This document shows, piece after piece, positions 24,076 through 37,752 of a DNA stretch of 64,000 nucleotides. The DNA lies in NCBI GenBank assembly GCA_035084275.1, contig CM068744.1, forward strand, positions 83,762,001 through 83,826,000, in the 5' to 3' direction. Position 1 is the first letter of the stretch, and every line of letters starts with the position of its first letter. The position numbers were made by a program, and so were the translations under genes. The notes under the pieces were generated by a model. It saw only the letters and a program-made list of their open reading frames with translations, was not told the DNA's origin and ran no database searches. Source of the DNA: Hydrolagus colliei. Taxonomy: Eukaryota.

Positions 24076-26497
24076 AACAATTATTGTACTGTGTATACCA
24101 TTGGTTTGAGCCAAACCATTTGATCGTAGGAAGTCTGTCTGTTTTTGGATTTTGTCTTAAGGCAGCATGGATTCAAACCTATTTCTATGAAGTTCAGACA
24201 TATCCTCCATTTGTTTGGATGTTGATAAAATGTGCCCACAAAATTTTGCAGTCAAGACAACATGTGTAAATTATTGTGGGGAAATGTCTTACATTAATGC
24301 TCCATACAAATCACACACAGCTTCTCGACATTTCGACAAGGGATTGCATTCAAAACATAGTGTCTCCACTCAAAGTATATCCCCCATTCCCACCCACCTC
24401 CCCCCCCCTAAAATCTTATCTGATCATATCTCAGACCTTTTGCAATAAAAAGCAGAAACACTTGACACCCAAGGTTGATTTTTGATGTCAGCAAGATTGC
24501 AAATTCTTTTTGCTTAGAAATATTTTTTTTTAGAACGTATCCTTGACAGAACTGAACTCAATTTATTCTGGAAAAGCAATAGCTACAAGGGTGATGCAAC
24601 TAGGCAAGAATTCTTACCTAGTTGTTCAATAAATTCCACACAAATACCTCCAACTATACAGTACTTATTAGAATAATAATGCCCAAATTAATATTTTTCA
24701 AAATCAAACTAGATGAGACATTTGCTTGTCTCTCTTTCTGATAATCCTCCCAATACTAGTTATCTGTGCACAATACTGTACAGCTAAATGAGCCACATTC
24801 ACACTGTATTGTCAAAAACAAAAGCATAATTTGTTTTTACTTTTCTTACTATACATAAAAATAAATACGTGATAAATAAATCTTCCAATGGACCTACTAA
24901 GTCAAGCTTGGACCAGTTTTAATCTATTTCAAATTTAGTTTTAGTTTAGTATAGTTTATTAACTTTTGCATGAAAATTATACAGTATTGCAAGTTTTCTC
25001 TAACAGCATAAGAGAAGGCCAAAGGACGTTACATTCCATTGATTTGTTATTTTGTTTAAGACTCGGCTGATCGATATCTCAGAGATTACTCACATAATTT
25101 AGTCAGTAGGTCTGCAGAATTATCACTTTGCGTCTATTTCCATATATTGTTTTCTCCATTGAAACATCTTGTAGAATCGACTCTTAAATTGCTATTTAAT
25201 ATCTGTCTTAGCGATTGGTCTACATCATTATACTACTCATTCCAGCTCAAACGGTTAGTTGAATCAGCAATTTGCATTCAAAACCTATTTAATTAACTTC
25301 ATGGCTGTTTGTGAGACATTGCTGAGAAAAAATACACTTCTACCTTCTGCTCTGAATCTCTCTAAGATCTGTGCTAAGATCACAACGACTACAGCTTTGC
25401 AAATGTATAACTAAAACGCAGGCTCCAAATAGTGGCTAATTCTTAAACACTTTTCAAGAGCTTGGAGTTGCATTCTTTAATTCTTAAGAACATCAAAGCT
25501 ACCTATTGGACAGCATAGAATCTTTTTTTTAGCATGTAAGTTCTCTCAGCGTTGTTGAAGGTGAAACTGGATTTCGGCTCCTGCTGGTGTTTCGAGAGCA
25601 TGACAAAAATTTAATTCATTGCCGCTTCAACTGGAGTCATGCTACATTTTAAGCATCAATTCATCATGGATCAACCAAATATATTGTTATGGAGCGTAAG
25701 AAACTCAATTGGTGAGGTTTTACTAACTTTCAGACCACCACCACAGACAGGAAATCTAAAGCTATAAAAGGTACAACAGAAATTCGCCTTACTTTCTTGC
25801 ATAATGGCAATATATATTAAAAACTACGGGGACTGGTGGAATGTAGGGGAAGAATGAATTGGAATCCAAATAATATTTCATGCAAACTGTTGCTCTGTGG
25901 TTTGTTTTCACAACGTCATTTTTAGTAAGAAGGTCATGGAATGTGCATTTCCTGAACTTAATCCAGTGCCTCACTGAATTGCATATGGGCAACACCAGAG
26001 ATTCTAATGCAATTATGCAGATTATGTAAGAAAGCAACCTGAAGTGAATTGGCGATCAGTACCACATGATGATTCTTGAGCACAAATGTTTTGAAAGTTT
26101 TGTTTCGAAGCTTTGCAGCTGTTCATTTGGTATTGTTTCAACCTATTATCATCTGTCCTGCATTTTTATACACATTGGTAGGGTTTATGGTGGGTATTGT
26201 GAGTTGAATCAATGCAAGGCATTATGAGAAAACAAAGCTCAATGAGTAAGATTCCACTTAATAGGTGAAAATTGTCTGCAAATAAATGGGGTGATGCATC
26301 TAAATATTGAATTTGGCAGGATATGTTTGTATTGGAAATTATGGAAAAAACCTTGAATTCCTGAATTTTGTACAATTACACAAGTTATGTATTTCAGCAA
26401 GATTTAAACATCAATTATGTTAGATATGCAGAATTTAGTTTCAGAACCCTGTTAGGTTTGTGAGGTTTATTCTAATGCAAAAATGAAATCTGTTTAC

Positions 26498-26655
26498 NNN
26501 NNNNNNNNNNNNNNNNNNNNNNNNNNNNNNNNNNNNNNNNNNNNNNNNNNNNNNNNNNNNNNNNNNNNNNNNNNNNNNNNNNNNNNNNNNNNNNNNNNNN
26601 NNNNNNNNNNNNNNNNNNNNNNNNNNNNNNNNNNNNNNNNNNNNNNNNNNNNNNN
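26498..26655. other. Assembly gap (158 N)
   Basis: Run of N. Confidence 1.
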
Positions 26656-27082
26656 TTTTGCCAGTCTTCACTTCCAATATTTTTTCTTCACATGCTTTTT
26701 TATTGTAATGGTAGAATAACACCTGTGCCAAGGAAAATAGCTGGATAAAGATGTTTAAAGGGACTGTTTACTTTTCCAGTCACAAAGGAAAATATTCTGT
26801 GCAACATCTTCAAAGATAAGCCATTCCCTGAGGCAGTCAAATCCTCAGTGGAATATGATGGTTCCTGCTGAATTGGGGGTGAGGTGTTGTCTGGGGGAGA
26901 AGGGACAAGTAGGCCTGGTTTGAATAATGGAGAAAGATGAATATTCTAGGGTTTTATTCCCAATCTTTGGAGACCAAGAATATTCATAATGAAACTCTTT
27001 CCTTGAGAGGATCTTGTTGCATGCTTTTCCATTCCTTTAAAATGTGAAGCTTACCATGTGCAGTTCTGCTTGATCCATCCTT

Positions 27083-27918
27083 GACCGAGGCTCTATTGAT
27101 TGGCTCGCTCCAGCACCACCTTGCATCATGCGCTGGCTGCATCAATCTCTATGGTTCAACTTCACCATGCCAGTCATGAACCTAGGTGTCTTGTTCGACC
27201 CTCAACTGTCTTTACTCCCCCACATCCAAGCAACGACTCGCTCTGCCATTCCTCACCTCCGCAACATTGCCCGACTTTGCCACTGCCTCACCCCAAAGCT
27301 GCTGAAACCCTCATGCCTGCCTTCATTACATTCCGGCTCGATTATGCAAATGCCTTGCTGGTCGGCCTTCCCAATTCCTCCCTCCACAGGCTGCAGATAA
27401 TCAAGAACTCTGTGGCCCGTGTTCTTTACCATTCCAAACTCTGTGATCCCATCTCCCCCATCCTTGCCCGACTCCATTGGCTCACCAACATCCAGAGGAT
27501 CCAATTCAAGATCCTGGTCCTCACATTTAAAGCCCTCCACAACCTCGCCTCATCCTACATCCGTGACCTCCTATCCCCTTACCAACCTGCCCGCCCCCCT
27601 CCATTCAGCAGGCTCTGGCCTGCTCCATGTCCCCTGACCCACCCGCCCAACCATTGGCAGGCGAGCCTTCAGCCATTCTGCCCCCAACCTCTGGAACTCC
27701 ATCCCAAAGTCCCTCCGCCTCGCCCCCACTCCCTGGCATCCTTCAAGTCTCGTCTCAAGACTCTCCTCTTTCTTGGACCCATTGGCAACTCCTTATCCCC
27801 CACTTCCCTCCCCCCCAGTCCTCAGCTCGAGTCTGAAGAGTAACCATCCAGCGCCTTGGGATGTCCTCCTGACGTGAAAGGCGCTATACAAATGTAATTT
27901 TATTGTTGTTTTGTTATT
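27083..27918 (+). mobile_element. L2 LINE 3' fragment (~0.8 kb)
   Basis: NLGVLFDPQLSLLPHI, FITFRLDYANALLVGLP and LARLHWLTNIQRIQFKILVLTFKALH in frameshifted pieces, plus an intact tail. Confidence 0.92.
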
Positions 27919-29309
27919 GAAACTCCTATTTTAATGTTGGGGTGGGAAGAGGTTGAGGGTATTATAAGGTTTACATACTCATCCATGAAAGTCCTGTTTG
28001 ATTTATGGTTGTATGGCTTTGCTGATTGTGCTTTGGAGCCTAATTTCATCAGAAGAACCAGGATGACTAAATCTAATGGAGAATGATCTACTATTCTTAT
28101 ATGCAGCACTGTGGCAAATAATTGAATATTATGTGCAGTGAGTGGAGATAAATCCAGTAAGTTCCTTCACCCCACCCACCACCCAATTCCTTTAATATCT
28201 AAATAGAATTTTATTCTATTTTCTTCTGGTCAGCGTTATTCCAAATGGAACTCTCCTATAACGCTAATCATTCCTTTTAATTCCTGTGTATTGAGCAGTT
28301 CGCCTTAAAAGCATGCAAGTCAAATTTTGCTTAAAAAGAGCTAAAAAGAGATCAATATGTAAGCTATCTTATCATTTTTAAGTGTGTTTATCCAGCTTTG
28401 TGCTTGAAGACTGGTGGCTGCTTCAAGGCCAAATAACATTTGAACCTTGGTTGCGACACGTCAGCTCATTTTGAAACCATCTTTATCTAACTGAGAAACC
28501 TGAAATCTGTTTGACCAAGTGACACTAGAGCCAGCTTATCTTGCAACAGAGTTGTAGCTCACATAGGTCATTGATTCCATCAAATAAATGTTTACAACAT
28601 ACTGGTCTAGTTTTTTGTTCAAGCTATTGTCACTTTGCTATTTGAGAATGTACATTGTGGTTGGAAATATGGTTTCACATCTTTTTTCAGTTTTTGGTCA
28701 GCTGTGTGTCTGACGCATGTAGAAACTCACGTTTGAAAGTACCTAAACCAGACAAGTTCCACATGTGTATGCCATCTACACTGAGAAATGTCCTTGTGTC
28801 TGGAATAAACAAGGAGACGCACCTTGCTGAGCTACTTGTGGAGATTATTAGGCACAGATTGTATTGAGAGCACGATCCTGCTACTTGTTCATCAAGGTTC
28901 ACCCTACCCTTTAGGGCTTTGGCTTGCAGGGTTAGCAGGAATAGATCAAATCCCTGCCCCCTGTTACCAAGTCATTTCAACAAGCCAAGCTAGCTGATCT
29001 GTTAACAGTCGTGCGTTGGAGTTCCACCGACAACCTGCCTCGCTCAGAAATTGCACGATCAAGATCACCACAGATGATTGACTTAATTCCAACATTCCAG
29101 TGCCAAGCACATCACCTTGGAGACAGCTCATTTCCAAGGAGACCTGCTTACTTCCCCCTTCCCCTTCCCCCCCAGACCAAGGTAATAGGTTAGGAAATAT
29201 GGTTTCAGACAATTAAGGTACAGTTCTTCATAACTAGGTCTTGCCTCTATTTCACTTCTCATTTTCCAAGTTCATTTAAAACCTTGTTTTTACTTTATTA
29301 TGAATATTA

Positions 29310-29445
29310 TAATAATAATAATCCTTGCATTTGATGTGGTGCCTTATCACATCTTCGATATGCCTCAAAAAGCTTCACAGGCTTGTATGTAAACTGGATT
29401 AACTGTGTATTTTGTGGCCGAAACACGGTGGCTCATATATAGTGC
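29310..29445 (-). mobile_element. SINE tail fragment
   Basis: (AAT)n CCTTGCATTTGAT...CTTCACAGG. Confidence 0.7.
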
Positions 29446-32019
29446 ATAAAAATGAACGCATTTTATTATTTGTGGAAAACCTAGCTGCCTCCAAATAATA
29501 GAAATGCATTTTATCAGAAGACAGTTAAGTGACTGTCTGCCTCTGCAAAACTAAGCAGGACGCTCCTAAATAGTAAGTAGTTTAAGTCTGGGGTACCCAG
29601 AAGAAGGTATCATTAGGTTATAGACAATAAAAATCCAAACCTAGTTGTTCTATCATTCTTTTTCGGGGTTTGCGTTGGCTGACTTTGACATCTGCAGCCC
29701 GAATTTGATATCAGTAACAGCATGGAGGACTCCATTCTTGAATTTGGAAAACATTTATCTACAAATAACTTAGTTAAAGCATGAAATATCAAAATATTTT
29801 TATTCCCCCCCACCCCCCGAGTTAGCTGCTCCTGTCTCCAAATAAACTGGAGTTTAGCTCTGATTGGTACCCAGTATTCCCCAGAAAATGAAAAGCTGTA
29901 AATAAAAGGATGACTATCAAATATTCAAATATTCTGGAATCCTATCAACAGTTTCCAGACAGTTCAGTACCAACCGGTTCTTCCTGTCAACTTGGTCAAG
30001 ATTGATTTTTTTTCTTTCCCTCCTCCGCATGACCCTTGACAAGTGCCAGTGGCAGCTTATTTGATTATCTGGCTTTAGGTTGACTTTGAACTTGGATTTG
30101 TGACGAAAGAGTTTGGCTAGACCAGCATTCTCCACAGGCACTGGAAAGTGACTCGCGTGAAGCCTGACATTTGGGTTTGCTTTTATTCTAGGAAGTAAGA
30201 CTACTTTTTAATTCTAGAACTCCAATTACTTTATTTAAAATTTGAACTGCAACACCCTAAAGAGCACTACTTGGAATTAACTAGATCTTCTCCATCTGTC
30301 TCATTTTTTGGTCAACTGAGAGTCTGATTCAAACAGAAAGCTATCAAGATGCTTAAGAGTATCCAAACCAGACTGAGTTGCACATATGTGTGGAAATTTC
30401 CTGTTTGACTAGTATGAAATGAGAATTCTCTCCCCCTCTCATGCCAGAGAGTTTAAGTGCAAGATGGCAAGAGCCAACGTTTAGGGTTCCTAGATTATGC
30501 ATTGAAGTACGTATTGCTAGACCTTTACCAGCTAAAATCGCGCATGTTGCCATTGCAAATGTGTTTCCCTAATCCCAGAGAGCTTCAGTGCAGGTTGGCA
30601 AGAGACAAAGGCTTACTTGGGCACCCCGGGGTGTGCATTGCAGTATACTGGAATTTAACCAGCTAAAATTAAGCAGCTGGTGCAGATAGGATCACCCCTA
30701 TCCATTAGGGTTTTAGCTTTGAGAGTTAACAGAAGCCGATTGGGAAGAATCTCAGTCACTTCTTACGATAAAAGGACTAAATAGTTTGTGGTTACTGGCT
30801 CACTTGAATAACTTAAACCAATGACCAGATGGTTGCAACCGAGCATAAGTTCCATAATGGTTGAACACTGGCAAGTTTGATTCTCTGCCCCTCCCCCATT
30901 TTCATGGACCACCTCACATGACAAATAAAGTAATTGAAGACAAGGATTTTTTATAAAAAAAACTTTTCAAATACTTCCCTGCACTGGGGAAGCCAACAGA
31001 GCTGAGACATGGCTTAAATGAAACCTCTCAAGAGTTCCAGATGTCGGCTGCACATATGTGAAGGAGGTTCCAGAAAGAGACCAAGCGCCTCCCTGAAGGG
31101 AGAGGTGATGTGAGAGATAGTATGTTTTTAAGCATGTTCAAGAGGTTGGCATTCATAGAAGCCAGGAGGAGTTTGCCTGCCTACATTCGTCTTCATAAAA
31201 ATAACTTTTATTTAGTGCCCTTCACACAGTATAGTGTCTCAGCATGCCGTACAATGGACCATTACAATTAAAAGGAACATGGGTAGAAAATAGAGAGATT
31301 AATAACTTCCAAAATGTTTGCTTAATCTTAAACATCTATAGAAAACCAACATTTTGAAGATTCACTAGTTCATTATGCTATCCAATTAAATTTCAAAAGC
31401 AATTCAAAAGATTAAAAATGCTGGTCTGAAGCATGTTGTTCAAAATATGTAGCATAATGTTCAAGCACTTATTTACTCGTATTAATTTGCTTTGACTGCT
31501 CCAGTTTAGCTTGCAGCGCATTAAACCTGAGAGATGATGCTATCCTTCCTGAAAAAAAATGAATTGGGAAGTAAGTGTTAGATGTTAACTGTTAAAGGAG
31601 ATTTGTTTGAGCACTTATGATCTGATTACAATAAAGGATAGATGAAAAATCAATTCAGAAACAAGAATAAAAGTCAAAGTCCTAGAATATGGAAAATCAT
31701 TCCTGTTGCAATGGCTTGTTCCAAGCTTACATTAAAATAGAGCAATTACCCGGACAGGGATGTGTGCTCTAAGATAATAGAAAACACCAACTTTGAAACC
31801 TCTATTTAAAAGTGAATCATCTCACTGGTGGAATGGTACAACTGCTTTAATTGATTATCACAGAATTGTATACTATAACAACAACAACAAATTGCATTTA
31901 TATAGCGGTCTTCATGCTGGACGGTCTCTTGGAGCACCCCAGTTAAACCAGTCTTATAATTGTTTCTTGCTCCCAACATAAGAGCTTTTGTAACTTGCAG
32001 GTGTAACTATGGTTTATTT

Positions 32020-32105
32020 AAATAATAATAACAATCCTTCCATTTGATATAGCGCTTTTCACATCTTCTGACGTCTCAAAACTCTTCACAGAATATATTG
32101 TAAAT
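32020..32105 (-). mobile_element. SINE tail fragment
   Basis: CATTTGATATAGCGCTTTTCACATCTTCTGACGTCTCAAAACTCTTCACAGAATAT. Confidence 0.75.
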
Positions 32106-32238
32106 AATTCTGGAGGAAAAGTGGAAATTGGTGAAGAATCCTCTTACAAGCCCGAGCAACTTGCATTGTGGTTAAGATCTCTCGTATGATGTGCTCACGG
32201 TGTGCCTGGCCCCTATTGCTTTGTGGAGTGATTGACCA

Positions 32239-33218
32239 TGATGTCACACCCAGCTGTACCTTTCTGCCTCATCCCTCAACCCCCAGACCATCGATGTTCT
32301 GACAGCATGTCTGTCCAACATTGAGTCCTGGACGAGGGACTACTTCCTCCAATTGAACGTGAGTAAGACCGAGGCCCTCCTGATCGGCTCAAGCCAGCGC
32401 CTCCGCACATTGGGCGCTGCCAGCCTCAACATCCAAGGCTGTACTCTCCACCTCACAAAGCCAGTCAGGAACCTCGGCATCACGTTCGACCAAAAACTCT
32501 CCTTCCTCCCCCACATCCGTGCCTTGACTGGCACCGCTTACTTCCACCTGCGCAACATTGCCAGGCTCCGCAATTATCTTACCCCCCATGCTGCCGAAAC
32601 ACTCGTGCACGCGTACATCACCTCAAGGCTGGACTACGGAAACTCTCCTCGTCAGCCTCCCCAGTTCCTCCATTCACAGGCTGCAGGCCATCCAAAACTC
32701 TGCAGCCCATGTATTATCCCGCACCCACCTCCGCGACCATATAACCCCCACCCTCGCCCGTCTCCACTGGCTCCCCATCCTCCAGAGGATCGAGTTCAAG
32801 ATCCTCGTCCTCACCTTCAAGGCCTTACATGGCCTTGCCCCGCCCTATTTAACCAATTTACTCTCCACCTACAAGCCCACCCGGACCCTCCGTTCAGCAG
32901 GACTTGGCCTGCTCCAAGCCCCCCGCCCGAACCGCCCCACCATCGGAGGCCGGGCCTTCAGTTTTTCTGCTCCGACCCTATGGAATTCCATCCCCCAACT
33001 CCGTCTCGTTTCTTCCCTTTCCTCTTTCAAGGCCGGTTTGAAGACTTTCCTCTTCGACCGTGCCTTTTGTTCCACCCCGAATTCTTCGACCTCCCCTACT
33101 TGTTTCACCCCTTCCCGTACACTCCCCTCCCAGCTCGGGTCACACGCCTCCTGTGCAGCGCCTTGGGACGTCCTCCCGACGTGAAAGGCGCTTTATAAGT
33201 GTAATTTGTTGTTATTGT
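32239..33218 (+). mobile_element. L2 LINE 3' fragment (~1 kb, relatively young)
   Basis: ORFs 32353 and 32558 join across one frameshift: LNVSKTEALLIG...VRNLGITFD...TSRLDYGNS / RLQAIQNSAAHVL...RLHWLPILQRIEFK. Perfect tail hairpin. Confidence 0.95.
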
Positions 33219-33609
33219 AAATTCCACAGCACCTCGCATCATGCTGCTGAGTTCTGAAGAGTGTTGATTGTTATCTGAATTGCTGATGTGTCTCTTTAAT
33301 GCAGAGATCCAGCAATAGACATGTTTACCCAACATGAAGGGTTAAATCTTGTTTGACAGACTGACAATGTAGCTAGTTGCTGGCTGGCCACAAGTGGAAT
33401 GGGTCTTTAGTGAGGTTAGATGAACATGTTACTGCAATTACTTGAAATGTATGGATGAGGTGCTTCAGTATTTCTTTTGGAATCTTAACGTATTTATTCT
33501 CAGTACATTTGTTCTGAATTTGTATCACTCTGATCTTTAAGGCAGTGTTGAAATTAGAGAAGGCATTACCTTCTCCATAATCAACAAGCTAATTCCGGCA
33601 GCATATTAG

Positions 33610-33890
33610 GTGCTAGTCTGTCTTACTCGCATCTCGGTCAGAAGGTTGTGGTTCAATCATGTCAAGTCTTTGACCTCACAGTCTAGGCTGAAACTCCAGA
33701 GGTGCATTGTCAGAGGTGTTGTGCTCCAGATGAGCTGATGTATGATAGATGCCATGAGATTACTTAAAAAGGGAAGGAATATGGGGAGAAAGCAGGAAAT
33801 TGGAATTGAAAGTACTAGTTGAGCTATAGATCAGCCATGATATAATTTAATGGTGGAACAGGGCTGAATGGCCTACTCCTTCTCCTATGA
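33610..33890 (+). mobile_element. Old SINE head followed by a CR1 3' tail
   Basis: TCGCATCTCGGTCAGAAGGTTGTGGTTCAA...GCATTGTCAGAGGTG, then GGAATATGGGGAGAAAGCAGG...GATCAGCCATGAT...GCTGAATGGCCTACTCCTTCTCCTATG. Confidence 0.6.
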
Positions 33891-34609
33891 GTCCTGGCCA
33901 ATAGTCCCCCAGATAAATTGGTCATTCACTTCAGGGTTGCCTCTGGGACCTTGCTCTGTGGAAATTGATGGCTCCAACAAATTCACTTGACAGCAATTAT
34001 CCACAAAGTACTTTGACACATTTTGACAATATTGGTGTTCCATCATGCGGAAGCATTGTATCATTATTATTGCACAGATCTGGTTATGCACTCTGCACTT
34101 TGGTCAATCTGATTTTCTGCATATCTCGTATCTCTAAGTAAATATAAGTTTTATCTCATGTTGTTCCCAAGATGGAGCAGGAAAGAAGTGGCCTGAACCT
34201 TGCAGAGATCATTAGCAATTTTGACAGTTCATTAAATTTATTCTAGTGGAATGACAGCCTACGGCATCAAGGTAGTGTCAGTGAAAATTATATCCAGCAA
34301 ATGCTATAATTTGGGACCAGAGACCTAGACTAAAACATAAATCTGATTATCACGAGCCTGAGTGGGAAGGTAATGAGGTCAGCAATTGGGATTTTACACT
34401 CTACACCAGTTTGTTCCTCTAGCAGTGCTTCAAACTCCAGTTACTTTTCTCTTTCACAGTTGAACAAACACGTAATCTTAATAATCTCAATGCTGACCAA
34501 CTTTTATTCTTGTAATCCTTTTAATTCAATTTCTATGTTGGCTTCTTGACACAGCTTCACATCTCCAGCTGAGATAGTGGCTGAAAATACAGAGGACTTT
34601 TGACTCTTT

Positions 34610-34678
34610 TGTGCCTGGGGACATCCTCCCGACATGAAAGGCGCTATACAAATATAATTTTTTTGGTGTTGTTGTTGC
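34610..34678 (+). mobile_element. Isolated L2 3' tail (~65 bp)
   Basis: GTGCCTGGGGACATCCTCCCGACATGAAAGGCGCTATACAAAT...(GTT)n. Similar stubs lie at ~31877(-), 35130, 35470, 41055, 54705 and 60003(-). Confidence 0.75.
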
Positions 34679-37084
34679 ATCTTTAAGGTGAACACTGGTA
34701 TACTTCAAGCTCTTCATATGCTTTCTTCTCTCCCACCACAAGACCCTTTCTCCAGCTAAGTGATCCGAATTTGAAGGTGCTGACTGAGGCAATGAAGGGA
34801 ATAACACCTGAATCCTATTCCTACAATTCTCATCTTTAACACTTAAATAGGAAAATTCCTTTCTCTATACCCACCTTTCTCCATAGCATTAAATTCCCAC
34901 ATCATTCCCAATGGTTGTGGGGAACAGCAAGACTGGGTAGATTTGAATACCAAGAACGATTTCTCCATAAGTCCCAAGGTTTAAGCTCCATCTTTTCACT
35001 CCTTACCCCTTTCAGCTCCCATTACTAGGTTGGATACCAAGTCAGGATTGTAAACAATTTTGGGATGTGCTCCTGACATGAAATACCACCATTTGTTACA
35101 ATGGTTTGTCTCCGGGATGCTGCCCTGCGTGAAGGGCTTTAAATAAATGCGAGTTGTTATTAATTGGCAGGAGTTGGACAAGGCTAAATTTTCCTCTCAT
35201 GTCTGAGGCTTTCTAGACTTGTTGTATTCACTGTGCTGCTCAGAAGTAAAGTGTAGACCAGTGGGAGCCAACCTTTCCGGTTGGCCAACCAATACATTTT
35301 TTTGAATGAATATTTCTTGATTTTCTATTCCCCCCACATCAATACACAGACACTGCTGGAAACAAAATATTGATTTGACACAGACTTACCTAGACTAGTG
35401 GGAATGTTCGCCAGGCCACTTCTTGACACCTCTGCCGGTCACTACTGCTGTAGACTGTAGTCTACAGCTGTAGTCCTCCTGACGTAAAAGGAGCTATACA
35501 AGTGTAATTTTGTTGTTGTGGTAGACTGTCGGAGCTGACACATGCAGCTTTCACCAGGATTCCTTGATGTGTTGTTAGGGAATCCCTGAGAGGGTCTGGG
35601 GTGGCGAAGGATAGGTGGGGGGATTGATTCCTGATTGGTTTCTGCTTGGATATGGCCATCACTCCAGTTATCTTTTTGGAGAAGAGACACAGAAGAAAAT
35701 GATGTTGAGTAGGAAGTGGGGAGGGTCCACAAGAGACATAGTGGCTGGAGAGAGTCTAATAGTCTCTACTGTCCTCAAGGACCAGTTCTAACAGCGGAAA
35801 GTAAGAGTGAAGTTGTTGGATCAGAGCTACCGTCCCCATTGCTGTGAAAGACACAGCCGTTAGAAATGTTCTTGCTGCAACCTCCTTTCCGTCTCTCCTT
35901 GGGGACTTGGTGAGCATCAGCATCAGTCTGTGTACGTAGCCATCAAGCAGGTGACTAATGCTTTACTGAGGAAGCCCAGAAGTTTTGCATAATCCCACAG
36001 GGACAGTAAAAGACAGCTGCGCAGATGGGAGTAATTTTATGCTATTGCGGGATTCCCTAGAGTGTTGGGTACAGTAGGTTTCATGAATGTTGACACTGAG
36101 GCCCATCGGACAGTAGAGTGCCAAACATGAGCTGGAAGGGGTTCCACTCCCACAATGCCCAACTGGTCTGGGATCAGGTCTGGGACTCAATAGAAGACCA
36201 GCCATGTTAATACCCATTCCCAGGATAACACAAGACACTCTTCCAATTACTTATTTCTGTGTAAATGTGCAGCACAGGTGTTGTGTTGTTTTGTGCTGGT
36301 GAACAATAGTAAATGGGTGCAGGAGGTGATGTTGGTTGTCAAGATAGGACTGAGTCCTGGATTGCTTCATGAACCTCCAATAGCTGCAATGAGTGCGATT
36401 ACAACTATTCCCCCCCTTTGATCACTTTGCCCTAAGTGATTTGCATGTTCTGTGTTCCCAATTCACTTCAGTACATTTCAGATCAGTAGAAATTGCAGAA
36501 ACCTACCGATAGAACAAATGAAGCCCCCACAGGTAGGTCAGGACAACGTGATTGAGCTGTCATTGACAACCAAGCCAGCAGCAGGCTCTTACCGGAGCCT
36601 ACAACCTTCCCAAACAACTCGTAACCTAATGCAGCAATTCATAAAGAAACCTTTCCCTTTTATAGCTCTTGATGCTCTTTGCATGTGCCTAAGCTGTGGT
36701 GCGAAACAATGAGGGAGATTTGCTCCGAAACACCTTCATTGTTTGTTGACTGTTCATTACGAGTCCTTTCAGTTCTGTTAAAATTAGGTAAAATGATTGA
36801 TGCAGTAACTTTGCTGCACTGGAGGCAGCAATCAGATGTATTATCGGTAAATTGCATCCTATTATGATCTGACTTAGAGAGATCTCCCTTCATCTTTTCT
36901 TCCTTCATCTTGTCACCCCCCCCACCGCCCCGCAAGCACACACACACACACACACACCGCGATTTGCAATAAATGCTAACCTTGACCCACAAGTTTTTTC
37001 TAATCCTGTCACATTTTAAGACACATATGGAGTTAGCATTTTCTTTTCTCAAGTCTTTATTTAGAACCAAGCCATTCATTATTG

Positions 37085-37195
37085 TAGTTTTAATAATAAT
37101 ACTTGCATTTGATATAGTGCTTTTCGCATATTCCAGGCGTCTCAAAGAGCTTCACAGAATATACTATAAAGTGAATATGTGGGCGAAACGCAATT
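37085..37195 (-). mobile_element. SINE tail fragment
   Basis: CTTGCATTTGATATAGTGCTTTTC...CTTCACAGAATATACT. Confidence 0.8.
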
Positions 37196-37721
37196 GACAA
37201 TGGATTATAAATGAATAGACTACTTTCTCCCCCCCACACACCCCTTCATGCTTAAATTTGTCATTTTCATCAAAGAATACTGTTGCTGTTTTTCAGCTGT
37301 ACAATCAGAACTTACAGAAATATCCTTCGTCCTTCTCTCACCCATCTGACCAACTGATGACCCTCCACTTTTGCAGTTAATACTGAATCAAGATAAGCTA
37401 AAATGTCTTTGGGTTTATATGTGGAGTTCACTCTGCCTGCAGAACAGAACAAGTCCCCAGCTTATGTCACTGCTATCAGGAGATGCAACTCTCCTTGATC
37501 AATATTTGCTTAACAAACAGCAGGGAAGGGAGAGTTTGTTCAGAGGAATCATGTGCACGCAAGGGTGAATGAATGCTCGGTGAAGTACTTTGACTGTTTG
37601 TCTCCTGCTGTTTTTTTAAATTCTCCCTCCACCCCCCTTCATTCTTGTGTCGTGCTTTGTTCTTAACCAGGGGGACATGCACCTGCACAAATCTCTCCCC
37701 AAACCCTCCTCCCCTCCTCCC

Positions 37722-37752
<31 letters not shown>

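Noticed and set aside
26441-26731. ORFs spanning Xs
   Set aside because: Artefacts of the N gap.
27100-33198. Long ORFs (247, 281, 208 aa) as host genes
   Set aside because: Frameshifted L2 ORF2 fragments; the same applies to 57813 and 59374.
37700-37752. Poly-C/(CA)n tract as a G-quadruplex or polyproline ORF
   Set aside because: Simple homopolymer/microsatellite, common across the window.
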